Shown: positions 48,782-58,221 of the stretch, in pieces
Layout: each line of letters begins with the position of its first letter
How positions within the stretch are numbered: position 1 is the first letter of the stretch
NCBI GenBank assembly: GCA_965214935.1
Contig: CBDCCS010000018.1
Coordinates: forward strand, 288,001-352,000
Direction of reading: 5' to 3'
DNA length: 64,000 nt
From: Candidatus Velthaea sp.
GTDB taxonomy: Bacteria > Vulcanimicrobiota > Vulcanimicrobiia > Vulcanimicrobiales > Vulcanimicrobiaceae
Made by a program: the position numbers and the translations under genes
Notes under the pieces: generated by a model
Database searches by the model: none
What the model saw: the letters and a program-made list of their open reading frames with translations, nothing else
Told to the model about the DNA's origin: nothing

Positions 48782-50392
48782 ATGGATCTTGTTACCGAAG
48801 TCGCGAAACGCCGTACGTTTGCGATCATCTCGCATCCCGATGCCGGCAAAACGACGCTGACGGAAAAGCTGCTGCTGTACGGCGGAGCGATCAACACCGC
48901 GGGCCAGGTGACGGCGCGGCGCAAGGCGCGCTCCGCGACGTCGGACTGGATGGAGCTCGAACGCGAACGCGGCATCTCCATCACCTCGACGGTGCTGCAA
49001 TTTCCGTACGCCGGCCACACGATGAATCTGCTCGATACGCCCGGTCACCAAGATTTCGGCGAGGACACGTATCGCACGCTGCTCGCCGCCGATAGTGCGG
49101 TAATGTTGCTCGATGCGGCCAAAGGCGTCGAACCGCAGACGCGCAAGCTCTTCGCAATTTGCCGCGCGCGGCGAATCCCGCTCTTCACGTTCATCAACAA
49201 GCTCGACCGGCCGAGTCTCGATCCGCTCGCGCTGCTCGATGAGCTTGAAAACGTGCTGGGCATCGGCGCATATCCGATCAATTGGCCGCTGGGCAATGGG
49301 CCCTCGTTCCGCGGCGTGTACGACCGGATAAGCCGAGATTTGCACCTATTCGAGCGGACGGAACACGGCGCGAAGAAAGCGCCGGTCTCGGTTACCGACG
49401 TGCGCGATCCGCGCATCGCGTCGTTGACCGATGAGACGACGTACCGCGAGTTCATCGAGCAGTTGGAGTTGCTCGAAGGCGCGGGATCCGAATTCGACCG
49501 CGATGCGATGCTGCGCGGCGATGCGACGCCGGTGTTTTTCGGCAGCGCGGTGACGAACTTCGGCGTCGAGTTGTTTCTCGATGCGTTCGTAAAGTTAGGT
49601 CCGCCGCCGGCGGCGCACGTCGACCTCGAACAGGAAACAATCGAACCGACGGACGAGCGTTTTTCGGGCTTTGTTTTTAAGATCCAAGCGAATATGGATC
49701 CGCGGCATCGCGACCGGATCGCTTTCGTGCGCGTTTGTTCGGGCAAATTCGAGCGTGACATGACGGTGAAAAACATGCGCACCGGCAAAGACGTCCGGCT
49801 GACGCGAGCGATGAAATTGTTCGCCAGCGATCGTGAGTCGGTCGACTTAGCGTTTGCCGGCGATGTGTTAGGCCTCGCGAACCCCGGTTCGTTTGCGATC
49901 GGCGATACGCTCAGCGATGGTGACGACATTACCTTCAGCGGCATCCCGGCCTTCGAGCCGGAACATTTTGCGCTCGTGCGCAGTATCGACAGCGGAGCGT
50001 ACAAATCGTTCCAAAAAGGCATCGCTCAATTACGCGAAGAGGGTGCAATTCAAGTGATGTATCCGTACGGCCAAACACGCACCGAACCCATACTAGCCGC
50101 CGTCGGCGAGCTGCAATTCGAGGTGGTAAAGTACCGGTTGGAAGCGGAGTACAATGTCAAGACGATCTTTTCGACGTTGCCGTATTCGCTGGCGCGCCGA
50201 GTCGTTGCCGATCCCGAGGCAATAGCGGCGGCGACGCTGCCCTCGAACGCTAAGTTCGTCGAAGACTGGAACGGCGAAGCGCTCGCATTGTTTGAAAGCA
50301 ATTGGAGTCTGCGCTTGGGTCAAGAGTGGAATCCGGGACTGACCTTCGAGCCGTTCAACGGCCGCGATCTTGCGCTCGAGTTGCCGGCATGA
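48782..50392 (+). CDS. prfC: Peptide chain release factor 3
   Basis: RRTFAIISHPDAGKTT, SDWMELERERGISITS, DTPGHQDF, FKIQANMDPRHRDR. Confidence 0.98.
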   Translation: MDLVTEVAKRRTFAIISHPDAGKTTLTEKLLLYGGAINTAGQVTARRKARSATSDWMELERERGISITSTVLQFPYAGHTMNLLDTPGHQDFGEDTYRTLLAADSAVMLLDAAKGVEPQTRKLFAICRARRIPLFTFINKLDRPSLDPLALLDELENVLGIGAYPINWPLGNGPSFRGVYDRISRDLHLFERTEHGAKKAPVSVTDVRDPRIASLTDETTYREFIEQLELLEGAGSEFDRDAMLRGDATPVFFGSAVTNFGVELFLDAFVKLGPPPAAHVDLEQETIEPTDERFSGFVFKIQANMDPRHRDRIAFVRVCSGKFERDMTVKNMRTGKDVRLTRAMKLFASDRESVDLAFAGDVLGLANPGSFAIGDTLSDGDDITFSGIPAFEPEHFALVRSIDSGAYKSFQKGIAQLREEGAIQVMYPYGQTRTEPILAAVGELQFEVVKYRLEAEYNVKTIFSTLPYSLARRVVADPEAIAAATLPSNAKFVEDWNGEALALFESNWSLRLGQEWNPGLTFEPFNGRDLALELPA

Positions 50393-50817
50393 ACGTACCG
50401 AAGTACGGTACCGGTCCTATCGCAGTCAACCCGCGCGGCCGTCAACTCATCTTCGCCGTAGCGATCGTCGTTTTCATCATCATCGTTCTGCGGGCGTTTC
50501 TACCGCACGAGAATCATTACGAGAAAATTGCTCGCGGCCTAACGGCAGCGCTGCAAAGCAACAATGTGGATGCCGTCAAAAGTTATCAGAATTCAGAGAC
50601 GGCTACGACGATCAATCGCGGCATCGTCGGGCGCGCGGCCGATACCCTCGCGCCGCTCGGCAAACTCAAGAACGTCAAGGAGACGACGCCCAAGGACGCC
50701 GCGGACCGCGTGCATTCATTCGACGTCACATTCGACAAAGGCGCGATCCGCGAAGAGATGAAGCTCGATCCGGATTCCAAGATCGTACATTTCCGCTACG
50801 AGCCGGCGACGCCGTAG
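50389..50817 (+). CDS. Single-TM hypothetical protein
   Basis: ATGA overlap with prfC; TM followed by a soluble domain. Confidence 0.75.
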   Translation: MNVPKYGTGPIAVNPRGRQLIFAVAIVVFIIIVLRAFLPHENHYEKIARGLTAALQSNNVDAVKSYQNSETATTINRGIVGRAADTLAPLGKLKNVKETTPKDAADRVHSFDVTFDKGAIREEMKLDPDSKIVHFRYEPATP

Positions 50818-51788
50818 TGCTCGCCGCAACGCCGGTGGTAACGGTCGCCGACGTTAGGGCGGCGGCCGACCGATTGCGCGGCGTCGCGCATCGAACGCCG
50901 GTCGTAACGTCGCGCACGCTGGACGAGCGCACCGGTTCGACGGCGTTCTTGAAGTGCGAGAATTTGCAGCGGATGGGCGCCTTCAAGTTTCGCGGTGCTT
51001 ACAATCGTCTCGTTCAACTCGGTGGAAGCGAGCGCAAACGCGGCGTGGTGGCGTTTTCGAGCGGCAATCACGCCCAAGGCGTCGCGCTGTCGGCGCAGCT
51101 GCTCGGCATGCGCGCGACGATCGTCATGCCGTCGGATGCGCCCGCGGCGAAGATTGCGGCGACGCGCGGATACGGCGCGGAAGTCGTCATCTACGATCGT
51201 GCAACAATGAACCGGGCGGAACTGACCGAGTCGATCGCGCGTGAAAGCGGTGCAATCGTGGTGCCGCCCTACGACGATGCGTTCATCATTGCGGGTCAGG
51301 GGACGGTCGCGCTCGAGCTGCTCGAAGAGACCGGTGCGCTCGACGTGCTGCTGGTGTGTCTCGGCGGCGGCGGTTTGCTCGCCGGTTCGGCGCTGGCCGC
51401 AACGGCGCTCGCACCACCAATTGCCGTGTGGGGCGTCGAGCCGGCGGCGGGCGACGACTGGCTACAGTCGTGGCAGAGCGGAAAGATCGTCTCGATCCCG
51501 GTGCCGCAGACGATCGCGGACGGACAGCAAACGCAAGCACCCGGCGAGCTGACATGGCCGATCGCTCGCGCGCTCTGCGCCGGCGTCGTGACCGTCACCG
51601 ACGACGAGATCCGCGCAGCGATGCGCTTCGCTTTCGAGCGGCTCAAACTCGTGCTGGAGCCGAGCGGCGCATGCGCACTCGCCGCGCTTTTGTTTGCAAA
51701 AGTCGACGTCATGGGCAAGCGCGTTGGTGTTACGCTCAGCGGAGGCAACGTCGATCCGGTCGTTTTTGCGCAGGCGATCGCAAGATGA
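50817..51788 (+). CDS. PLP-dependent threonine/serine dehydratase family (hydroxyaspartate ammonia-lyase-like)
   Basis: KCENLQRMGAFKFRGA, FSSGNHAQ, GQGT, LGGGGL, EPSG, SGGN. Confidence 0.93.
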   Translation: MLAATPVVTVADVRAAADRLRGVAHRTPVVTSRTLDERTGSTAFLKCENLQRMGAFKFRGAYNRLVQLGGSERKRGVVAFSSGNHAQGVALSAQLLGMRATIVMPSDAPAAKIAATRGYGAEVVIYDRATMNRAELTESIARESGAIVVPPYDDAFIIAGQGTVALELLEETGALDVLLVCLGGGGLLAGSALAATALAPPIAVWGVEPAAGDDWLQSWQSGKIVSIPVPQTIADGQQTQAPGELTWPIARALCAGVVTVTDDEIRAAMRFAFERLKLVLEPSGACALAALLFAKVDVMGKRVGVTLSGGNVDPVVFAQAIAR

Positions 51789-52330
51789 TGCCCGTGCTCG
51801 CTGCCGTCCTCGTCGCGCTTTACACGAGCGCCGGCGAGATCGACGTGCGCGTCGACACCGTGCATGCGCCGAGAAGTGCGGCGAACTTCCTGAGCTACGT
51901 GCGGCGCGGCTTTTTTGATGGCGGCTCGTTCTTCCGCACGGTCACGACCCGGCCCGACAATCAACCGCGAAGCCGAGTAAAGATCGACGTCATTCAAGCC
52001 ACGCATGACACGCGTACGCATAAAATACTCGATCGGCCGGTCGCCTTCGAGGCAACGAGCGTTACCGGCTTACGTCATCGCGACGGAACGGTTTCGCTGG
52101 CGCGCGACGCGGCGCTCAATACCGCACAGACCGATTTCTTCATCTGCATCGGTGCACAGCCGAGCTTAGACGACGGTGGTTTGCGCTCGAAAGACCATCG
52201 CGGCTTCGCGGCCTTCGGCCAGGTCGTGCGCGGCCTGAACGTCGTGCGAGCGATCCACTCGTCACCGCAAAGCGCGCAACAATTACAGCCGCCGTTTACG
52301 ATTTTGCGGGCGCGCGTAATCGGTAAGTAG
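51785..52330 (+). CDS. Cyclophilin-type peptidyl-prolyl isomerase
   Basis: APRSAANFLSYV, FFRTV, VIQ, HRDGTVSLAR, DFFIC, FAAFGQVVRG. Confidence 0.92.
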   Translation: MMPVLAAVLVALYTSAGEIDVRVDTVHAPRSAANFLSYVRRGFFDGGSFFRTVTTRPDNQPRSRVKIDVIQATHDTRTHKILDRPVAFEATSVTGLRHRDGTVSLARDAALNTAQTDFFICIGAQPSLDDGGLRSKDHRGFAAFGQVVRGLNVVRAIHSSPQSAQQLQPPFTILRARVIGK

Positions 52331-52875
52331 TGCCGATTGCAGATCGAGGCATCGGTCTGCACGGTGTCGGCGAGAGCGTGCTGCCCGAAACGAAACGGGA
52401 GACCCGAATGGATCGCCAGCCCGGCCCGGTAAAATCGTGCCCGACGCCGTGGTTCCACCCTGTTCCTTGGTCTACGCTCTTTGAGCTTCCCGGTCGCCCG
52501 AAACGGCCGAGGGCGGATACCCCTTCATAACTATTTGCTATCGCACCGGGGCTGCGTAGCGCACGACAAGATGCACCAGGACCGCGATAAACGCGACGTC
52601 GAGCGCGATCCAGAGGGCGAACGCGCCGCGTAAAATCGGATTGATTAGCTGCCGTCGGAGCGCGCTCGGGACAACATGACAATGGCTGCGGCACTTGCGA
52701 TACGAGCAAGTGCCGCCGGATCAATGCCGCGACCCTCACAAGGGGGCAGCTAGCCTCAGATGCTCATTGCCGGCGTTTTCGTTCGCAAATATAACGAACG
52801 ATGTTAAATGCAAGAAAAAGCAAGGAGAGGATCCATCCGGTCCAAATTTGCCACTGCTGCATTTCTCGTTACACA

Positions 52876-53748
52876 CTACATGCAGAGCAACTGGTCTGGC
52901 GCAGAACTGCCGCTTCCCAGACCATCAGGTGGTTGTGGTCCTCCCGACAGCATCTGAACTCCGTCGCTTAAATTGAGGTTATCAATCATTCCTGAAACTG
53001 ATGGCGATCCGGCTGGTGGCGGTGGAGATGGAATGTTCCAAGGATTGCCGAAAAGTGCACTAAGGATCCCAGTAATTATACCGACCGGCGCCGCAACCTC
53101 TGGCGCTAGAATCCCAAAGACCAAACCAAAGACTCCGACGGCATATGCGCCGTTGAGCACACCTGCAGCTTGTGAACCAGGTGCTGGTGGCGCAGTATGA
53201 GCGAGATTGACACTAGCTACTTGTATTGTTGATCCCGCAGGGAACCCGCTGTAAACCATGTTTAAGTTGCCCTGAGAGTCATACCAAGTAGCGCCGCTTC
53301 CAATTTTTGGATCTGTAAATCTGCTCAAGCCCAAGCTCGGCGTCTGCGAGATTGTCGTTGAACCGTGCGTGAAAGTTTGTCCTGAGAAGACCGGGTGGTT
53401 CGGCGTTATAACAAGACTTGCTGTACCGTAAGCGTTTAGTGTTAGCGAAGTGCCAGGAATAATAATGCCGTTAGAATTTGCACCGGAGCTATCAATACTT
53501 TTCGCTACTACTCCTTGATTCGTTGTCATCTTTGCGCCTCGGTAGTTGTTTGCTTTCAGGGCTGTTACCGAAGCAAGAATTGCGGCTGGCGTTGGCGGCG
53601 GAGAATGACATCCAACAGGGCATTGGAAAAGGGTCCCTTCGGCCGACAGACCTTTTTGTGGTAGGTTGTTAAGTGAGTTCGTGGCGAGTCCGGCACATCC
53701 GGCAAGACCTGTGAATGCGATGCCGGATACAAAATAGCGACGTTGCAT
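52876..53748 (-). CDS. Lower-GC hypothetical lipoprotein with a C-terminal hydrophobic segment
   Basis: MQRRYF..LAGC signal; 290 aa ORF; hydrophobic AVGVFGLVFGILAPEVAAPVGIITGILSALFG. Confidence 0.65.
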   Translation of the reverse strand: MQRRYFVSGIAFTGLAGCAGLATNSLNNLPQKGLSAEGTLFQCPVGCHSPPPTPAAILASVTALKANNYRGAKMTTNQGVVAKSIDSSGANSNGIIIPGTSLTLNAYGTASLVITPNHPVFSGQTFTHGSTTISQTPSLGLSRFTDPKIGSGATWYDSQGNLNMVYSGFPAGSTIQVASVNLAHTAPPAPGSQAAGVLNGAYAVGVFGLVFGILAPEVAAPVGIITGILSALFGNPWNIPSPPPPAGSPSVSGMIDNLNLSDGVQMLSGGPQPPDGLGSGSSAPDQLLCM

Positions 53749-54110
53749 TAAGCCGACAAACAGAATTTAAGACATCGCGCCTACAAGTCGCAGCGTGCAG
53801 CGTGTCGTCTCCTCTTTGTATTATCGAACCACGAACAATCAGCCCTCTGACGGGTCTTTGCTTCAAGGGACTAAAGGCTCTTGAAAAGTCAGACACTGGG
53901 GTTCTTACAGCTCAAACAGTTTAGAGCTATAAAGCAGACACAACGTGTGTTAAACGTTACGGCGAGACTGAAATTCTCGGCCTCGCGAATCGGCAGCGCG
54001 GTCGCGACTTCACCGCAACCTAAGTCTTGATTACAGCGGGCGTAGCGTTGATTTATACAAACGAGCACGGTTAAAGCGAAGTTCACAAAGTAAGATGACG
54101 GCTCCCGATA

Positions 54111-54300
54111 TTACGTTGCCCCGGTTTTCCGGACATTTAGTTAAGCTGCGATCGGCAGCGACGACTCGTATTGTTCGGGGCTAATGTATCCAAGCGTGAA
54201 GTGGAGACGGTTTCGGTGTACCAGATTTCGATATACTCAAATGTTGCGGCACGGGCGTGAGCGCGAGATTCCCAAATCGGATCACCGAGCTCGGTTTTCA
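54111..54300 (-). mobile_element. IS3-family remnant: frameshifted transposase C-terminus plus right inverted repeat
   Basis: KTEL..SRAHARAATFEYIEIWY, then in a shifted frame RNRLHFTLGYISPEQYE..AA*; followed by TGTCCGGAAAACCGGGGCAACGTAA. Confidence 0.85.
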
Positions 54301-54412
54301 TGCTTCCGGGCGGTCGAAAGCGAAGATCGCTTTTTTTTACCAGATACCCCCTTGAAAAATTAGGCAGATCACGTGATAGGGAAGGCAACGCAGATTTTCG
54401 AGGGGGCAGATC

Positions 54413-55633
54413 ATGCCGGAATCGCTAGCGCTTTATTCTGTCGGGTCGACTCCGGAGGTGCAACCAACTGCAGCGGTTGCTGAACAAACGGTGCAGCGTC
54501 AACCTGCCGGTGCCAGCGGCGCTCTCGCAACCGATGCTATCGCCCGTTCTTCGGAGCCATCCGATCTTCACAATGTAGCAGCAAGCGGTCTGACTGCTTC
54601 GGATAGTCACGAAGACCAGGCTGCCCGCGCGATCGCTGTTGTCACAAATAAAGTCAGCGGTAAAGTCGACTTTGACCGTCTCGCTGACCACGTAACGAGT
54701 CAGACGGATTTTGCCAAAGCATCCGAGAGTTACGCGCATATCAAGTCGGAGCTTGCGCAGCGCAATCCGAGCGAAGCACAAAATTTCGACAGTGCCGTCG
54801 CTCGAGCTTACACCCGCGGAGCAACGGACGCAGTTACCGCCGCAAGCACGGGTTTGGCCTCCGCCGGTAAGAAAGTGCTCGTGAATAATCCGATATTATC
54901 GAAGCAATGGGAATCGACGCGAAGTGCGTGGACCGGCAGAGGCGGCTTTTCATCGGGTCTAACGACATTGCTGGAGTCGCATGGGATTCAGTCGCCTGCG
55001 TTTACCAATCAGGTCCCGCCGAATTCACTTGGAAAGGCGAGCGGCGTACCGAAAGAGGTAGCAAACAACGTCAATGGCAGTGCGGCGCGCGATGCAATCG
55101 CCGAACGCTATCGGGATGCCGGGCATCACGTCATTACCGAAGTTAGCCGGCAGAACGGTACACGTCGCGTCGATGTTCAAGTCGATGTACAAGCGAAAGA
55201 CCCGCGCTATAACCAACGCATCGATATTGAATCGAAGGTCGGACGCACGACAAAATCATCGACGATCGCAGCCCAGGCCGCGAAAGACGGTGAGGCGCTT
55301 GCGGAGAATGGCGCCGTGCGGGGTACGGGTCGAGCACTAGAAACGGCCGGCAAAGTAATGTTGCCGATCGCTATCGCCGGCGATGCGATCGAGCTTGGTC
55401 AAGCGTTCCACGCGGACGGAAATAAAATCGGGACCGAGACTGGTCGTGCGGCCTCCGGCATTGCCGGCGGTTGGGGCGGAGCGATCGTCGGTGCTGAGGT
55501 CGGCGCTGCGGCCGGATCGTTTGTTCCCGTTGTCGGCACGGCCATCGGCGGAATCATTGGTGGCGCGATTGGCGGCTTTGGTGGAGATAAGCTTGGCCGC
55601 AAGGTGTTTGACGCGATCGATTCATTATTCTAA
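54413..55633 (+). CDS. Candidate polymorphic toxin: PD-(D/E)xK-like nuclease region plus C-terminal glycine zipper
   Basis: GAGGGGG RBS; TEV..RRVDV..IDIESKVG..QAAKD; GxxxG repeats at the C-terminus. Confidence 0.6.
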   Translation: MPESLALYSVGSTPEVQPTAAVAEQTVQRQPAGASGALATDAIARSSEPSDLHNVAASGLTASDSHEDQAARAIAVVTNKVSGKVDFDRLADHVTSQTDFAKASESYAHIKSELAQRNPSEAQNFDSAVARAYTRGATDAVTAASTGLASAGKKVLVNNPILSKQWESTRSAWTGRGGFSSGLTTLLESHGIQSPAFTNQVPPNSLGKASGVPKEVANNVNGSAARDAIAERYRDAGHHVITEVSRQNGTRRVDVQVDVQAKDPRYNQRIDIESKVGRTTKSSTIAAQAAKDGEALAENGAVRGTGRALETAGKVMLPIAIAGDAIELGQAFHADGNKIGTETGRAASGIAGGWGGAIVGAEVGAAAGSFVPVVGTAIGGIIGGAIGGFGGDKLGRKVFDAIDSLF

Positions 55634-55638
55634 TTCGG

Positions 55639-56313
55639 ATGAAACGCTGGTTCGATTTTCAGCGACTTGCTAAGCGCAGCCGCTTACGGGCACTTCTCGC
55701 AACGTACGTTCCCTACCAAATCCCGTACCCCGGTCCGGGTCGCATTCTAACGGCGGCGCAAGCGGATGCGAATTTAGCGTATCTGTTAGCCAATCGCGCC
55801 GAGCGTCTGCAGATCGCCGCCGAACTGCTTGCGCACTTTGGCTTAGATGTCGGTACTGCGTTGAAAGGAGCCGATCCCAAGCCGTTTGTTGATGCGCTCT
55901 GGCGCTGGTCCGTCGACGAATGGCCGACCGTCGCAGACGCGCGACTGCAGCGCAGCGCGTGGATCGTCAGCAAGCGCGATGGCGATGAGATCGTGTTTTC
56001 AATGCTCACCGACGTTGCGATCATACTCGCTGAGATGGTACTTGTGCGTCGAACCGATTACTACTGGACGCTCGATCGCGATCCGGAGAACAAAGCTGAC
56101 GACATGATAAGTTGGCAACGCCCCGTCGTTATTCGACCCGAAGAGAGCGATGTGCCCAAAATCATGTACGATTTCGAGTATGCGGCTTGCATATCGTACG
56201 AGCAGTGCACGCGTCCGGCATATGGTGTAATAAATAATCTCGGTCACGGAACACTTGAGGCGATCTCCGGAACGGCGTTAGCGGCATGGCGAAGCTCCGG
56301 GTGGAGCAGTTAG
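55639..56313 (+). CDS. Hypothetical protein, candidate cognate immunity protein
   Basis: Starts 5 nt after the toxin-like gene; soluble, Trp/Tyr-rich, no signal peptide. Confidence 0.55.
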   Translation: MKRWFDFQRLAKRSRLRALLATYVPYQIPYPGPGRILTAAQADANLAYLLANRAERLQIAAELLAHFGLDVGTALKGADPKPFVDALWRWSVDEWPTVADARLQRSAWIVSKRDGDEIVFSMLTDVAIILAEMVLVRRTDYYWTLDRDPENKADDMISWQRPVVIRPEESDVPKIMYDFEYAACISYEQCTRPAYGVINNLGHGTLEAISGTALAAWRSSGWSS

Positions 56314-56955
56314 AGGAGCAAATCCACCGGTCGGCCCTGTACGTTCCTCAACTCGTTCTCCGTCATGTATTCCCAGCTTCCGATCTGTGCGTACTGGCGA
56401 ATATCATCAGCGATTTGTTTGTCGGGATAGTGTCGAGTCACCGTCGCTATGATGCTATCGACGGCGGCGGGTTCTAAGCGGCCGAGCATGCGAGACAAGT
56501 CGCCCTGATCGATACCGCGAGCCGAATCGATCTCTATTAAAACGAGAAATGCAAGGGGAATAACGCGTTGACCCTCTTGGTTTAACACGTGCGGCGACGC
56601 AAAAGCTTCCGTTAACCAAGGCGCATTGCTCGAAAGAATGTCAAGATCGCTCTGCTCTTGACAACGCCACGCCGATCCGAAGAGATCAAGGTTTGAGCTG
56701 GGCAATATAAGATCGTTTTGTTTCTGGCAACTTAAACGAGACAGCTGGCGTTCTGCGTCTACAACAGCTTTGGGCCGAACGACGACATCGATAGCTTTCG
56801 TGCTTCTTTCCGGCGCATAAACAGCTTCGGCGTGCGCGCCGATAAGCATGAACGCAATACCATCAAGAACAGGCACGTAAGCAACGTTCTACCGTCGCCA
56901 ATTCATTAACCGCAAAGATCGCTGCCAGTCCCGTAAGCGCGTCTTCGCATCGCCC
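56310..56955 (-). pseudogene. Nucleotidyltransferase-like gene, apparently decayed
   Basis: FMLIGAHA..YAPERSTKAIDVVV is a degenerate version of GG..R.T.DxD. There is an in-frame TAG just upstream of GTG 56876, and RRRAYGTGSD lies in another frame. Confidence 0.55.
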
Positions 56956-57044
56956 GACTAAGAAAGAAGCGACGCCGATCCGCAGCCTGAGTTACATCGA
57001 AACCTGACGATAAGCTCAATCTGCAAGCTGCCTCCCTCTAATCA

Positions 57045-57074
57045 TTGACATTTCGCTGAGCGCCTGTTCATACT
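57045..57074 (+). promoter_or_regulatory. Orphan sigma70-like promoter
   Basis: TTGACA-18 nt-CATACT in AT-rich intergenic DNA. Confidence 0.5.
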
Positions 57075-57180
57075 TCTTGCTAGTTCATTGAAAGCTGGCC
57101 TTCTTGCAATTCCATCCATAACGGTCTGCACGAAAGTAATATTGTAAAGCTTTTCGAAAAAATTCGCAGAGGTTTAAATG

Positions 57181-58221
57181 TTAATAGAACTCGTCTAAGT
57201 TAAGCGCGTTGCGGAGTTTTTCGCCGCGTGCGAAACGCCCGAGATTATCGGCGAACAAGGCGACAATGCGCGCATTTTCATGGACCGACAGCGCGGCGGT
57301 GTGCGGGCTCATGATAACGTTGGGTAGCGTCCACAGCGGGCTATCGGACGGCAGCGGTTCGTGCTCGAATACGTCGAGCACGGCACCCGCAATGCGTTCG
57401 GCGGTCAGCGCGGCAATAAGCGCCGCCTCGTCGACGACCGAGCCGCGCCCGACGTTAATGACGATGGCATGCGCGGTCAGCGCCGCTATTACGTTCGCGC
57501 TGACGAGTCCGGCCGTGGCGTCGGTCATCGGCAATGTGATCGCCAGCGCGTCGGCTTCTCGTGCCGTTTCAAATAGCGCCGTTGTCGCGCGCGTTTCGTC
57601 GATGTTAGGACGCGGCTCTCCGTTACGCGTTAAGCCGATCGTGCGCATTCCGAATGCACGCGCGCGCTTCGCGATTGCCGCTCCAATCTGACCCATGCCG
57701 AGAATCGCAAGCGTCGACCCGTCGAGTTCGCTCATCGCGTAGTGCTCCCATGCGCGCTCGGCTCGAATGCGTGCGAGCCGACGTGCGTCTTTGCGCAACG
57801 CAAGCAAACCGTATAATGCGAATTCCGCGAGCATCCCGGCATGCACGCCGGCGGCCGAAGCGAAGCTGACGCGTTCGAGCACCTCGGGTGCTAGTGCTGC
57901 GCGCTTCACGTGAGCACCCATGCCGGCCGACGTCCCTTGAACGAACCGAATGTTCGGGCCGCCGGCGAGCATTGCGGCAAGACCGCTGCTCGATTCTTGC
58001 GGGTAGCCGAAAATGACATCGGCCCGCCGCACCAGTTCGTTCCAACGGCGATGAGCGTCGGCTGTATGTACGGCCGGATCGCCGGCATGATCGTTCGGAT
58101 AGCGTGGACGTCCTAAGAGTTCCGGTTCGTAATCGACAGCGTCCACCACGTCGAGGTCGCGCAGCGATGCGGCGAGTTCGGCTTCGAGCGGGCTGGCGAT
58201 GAGCACGGTCAAGCCGTTCAT
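57181..58221 (-). CDS. D-2-hydroxyacid dehydrogenase
   Basis: ILGMGQIG, LPMTDAT, INVGRG, LDVFEHEPL, SPHTA. Confidence 0.93.
   Translation of the reverse strand: MNGLTVLIASPLEAELAASLRDLDVVDAVDYEPELLGRPRYPNDHAGDPAVHTADAHRRWNELVRRADVIFGYPQESSSGLAAMLAGGPNIRFVQGTSAGMGAHVKRAALAPEVLERVSFASAAGVHAGMLAEFALYGLLALRKDARRLARIRAERAWEHYAMSELDGSTLAILGMGQIGAAIAKRARAFGMRTIGLTRNGEPRPNIDETRATTALFETAREADALAITLPMTDATAGLVSANVIAALTAHAIVINVGRGSVVDEAALIAALTAERIAGAVLDVFEHEPLPSDSPLWTLPNVIMSPHTAALSVHENARIVALFADNLGRFARGEKLRNALNLDEFY

Noticed and set aside
49045..50022. Long antisense ORFs (also 28278-29279, 58818-59762 and many others)
   Set aside because: Shadow ORFs opposite or out of frame with well-supported genes in GC-rich DNA; no motifs
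52330..52700. 66-aa ORF and several short hairpins after the cyclophilin gene
   Set aside because: No recognisable protein or RNA family; the faint resolvase-like wording is too weak to call
30597..56313. Idea that the orphan VirB9 secretes the toxin-like protein
   Set aside because: They are about 23 kb apart, no other T4SS genes are present, and no recognisable T4SS effector signal was seen
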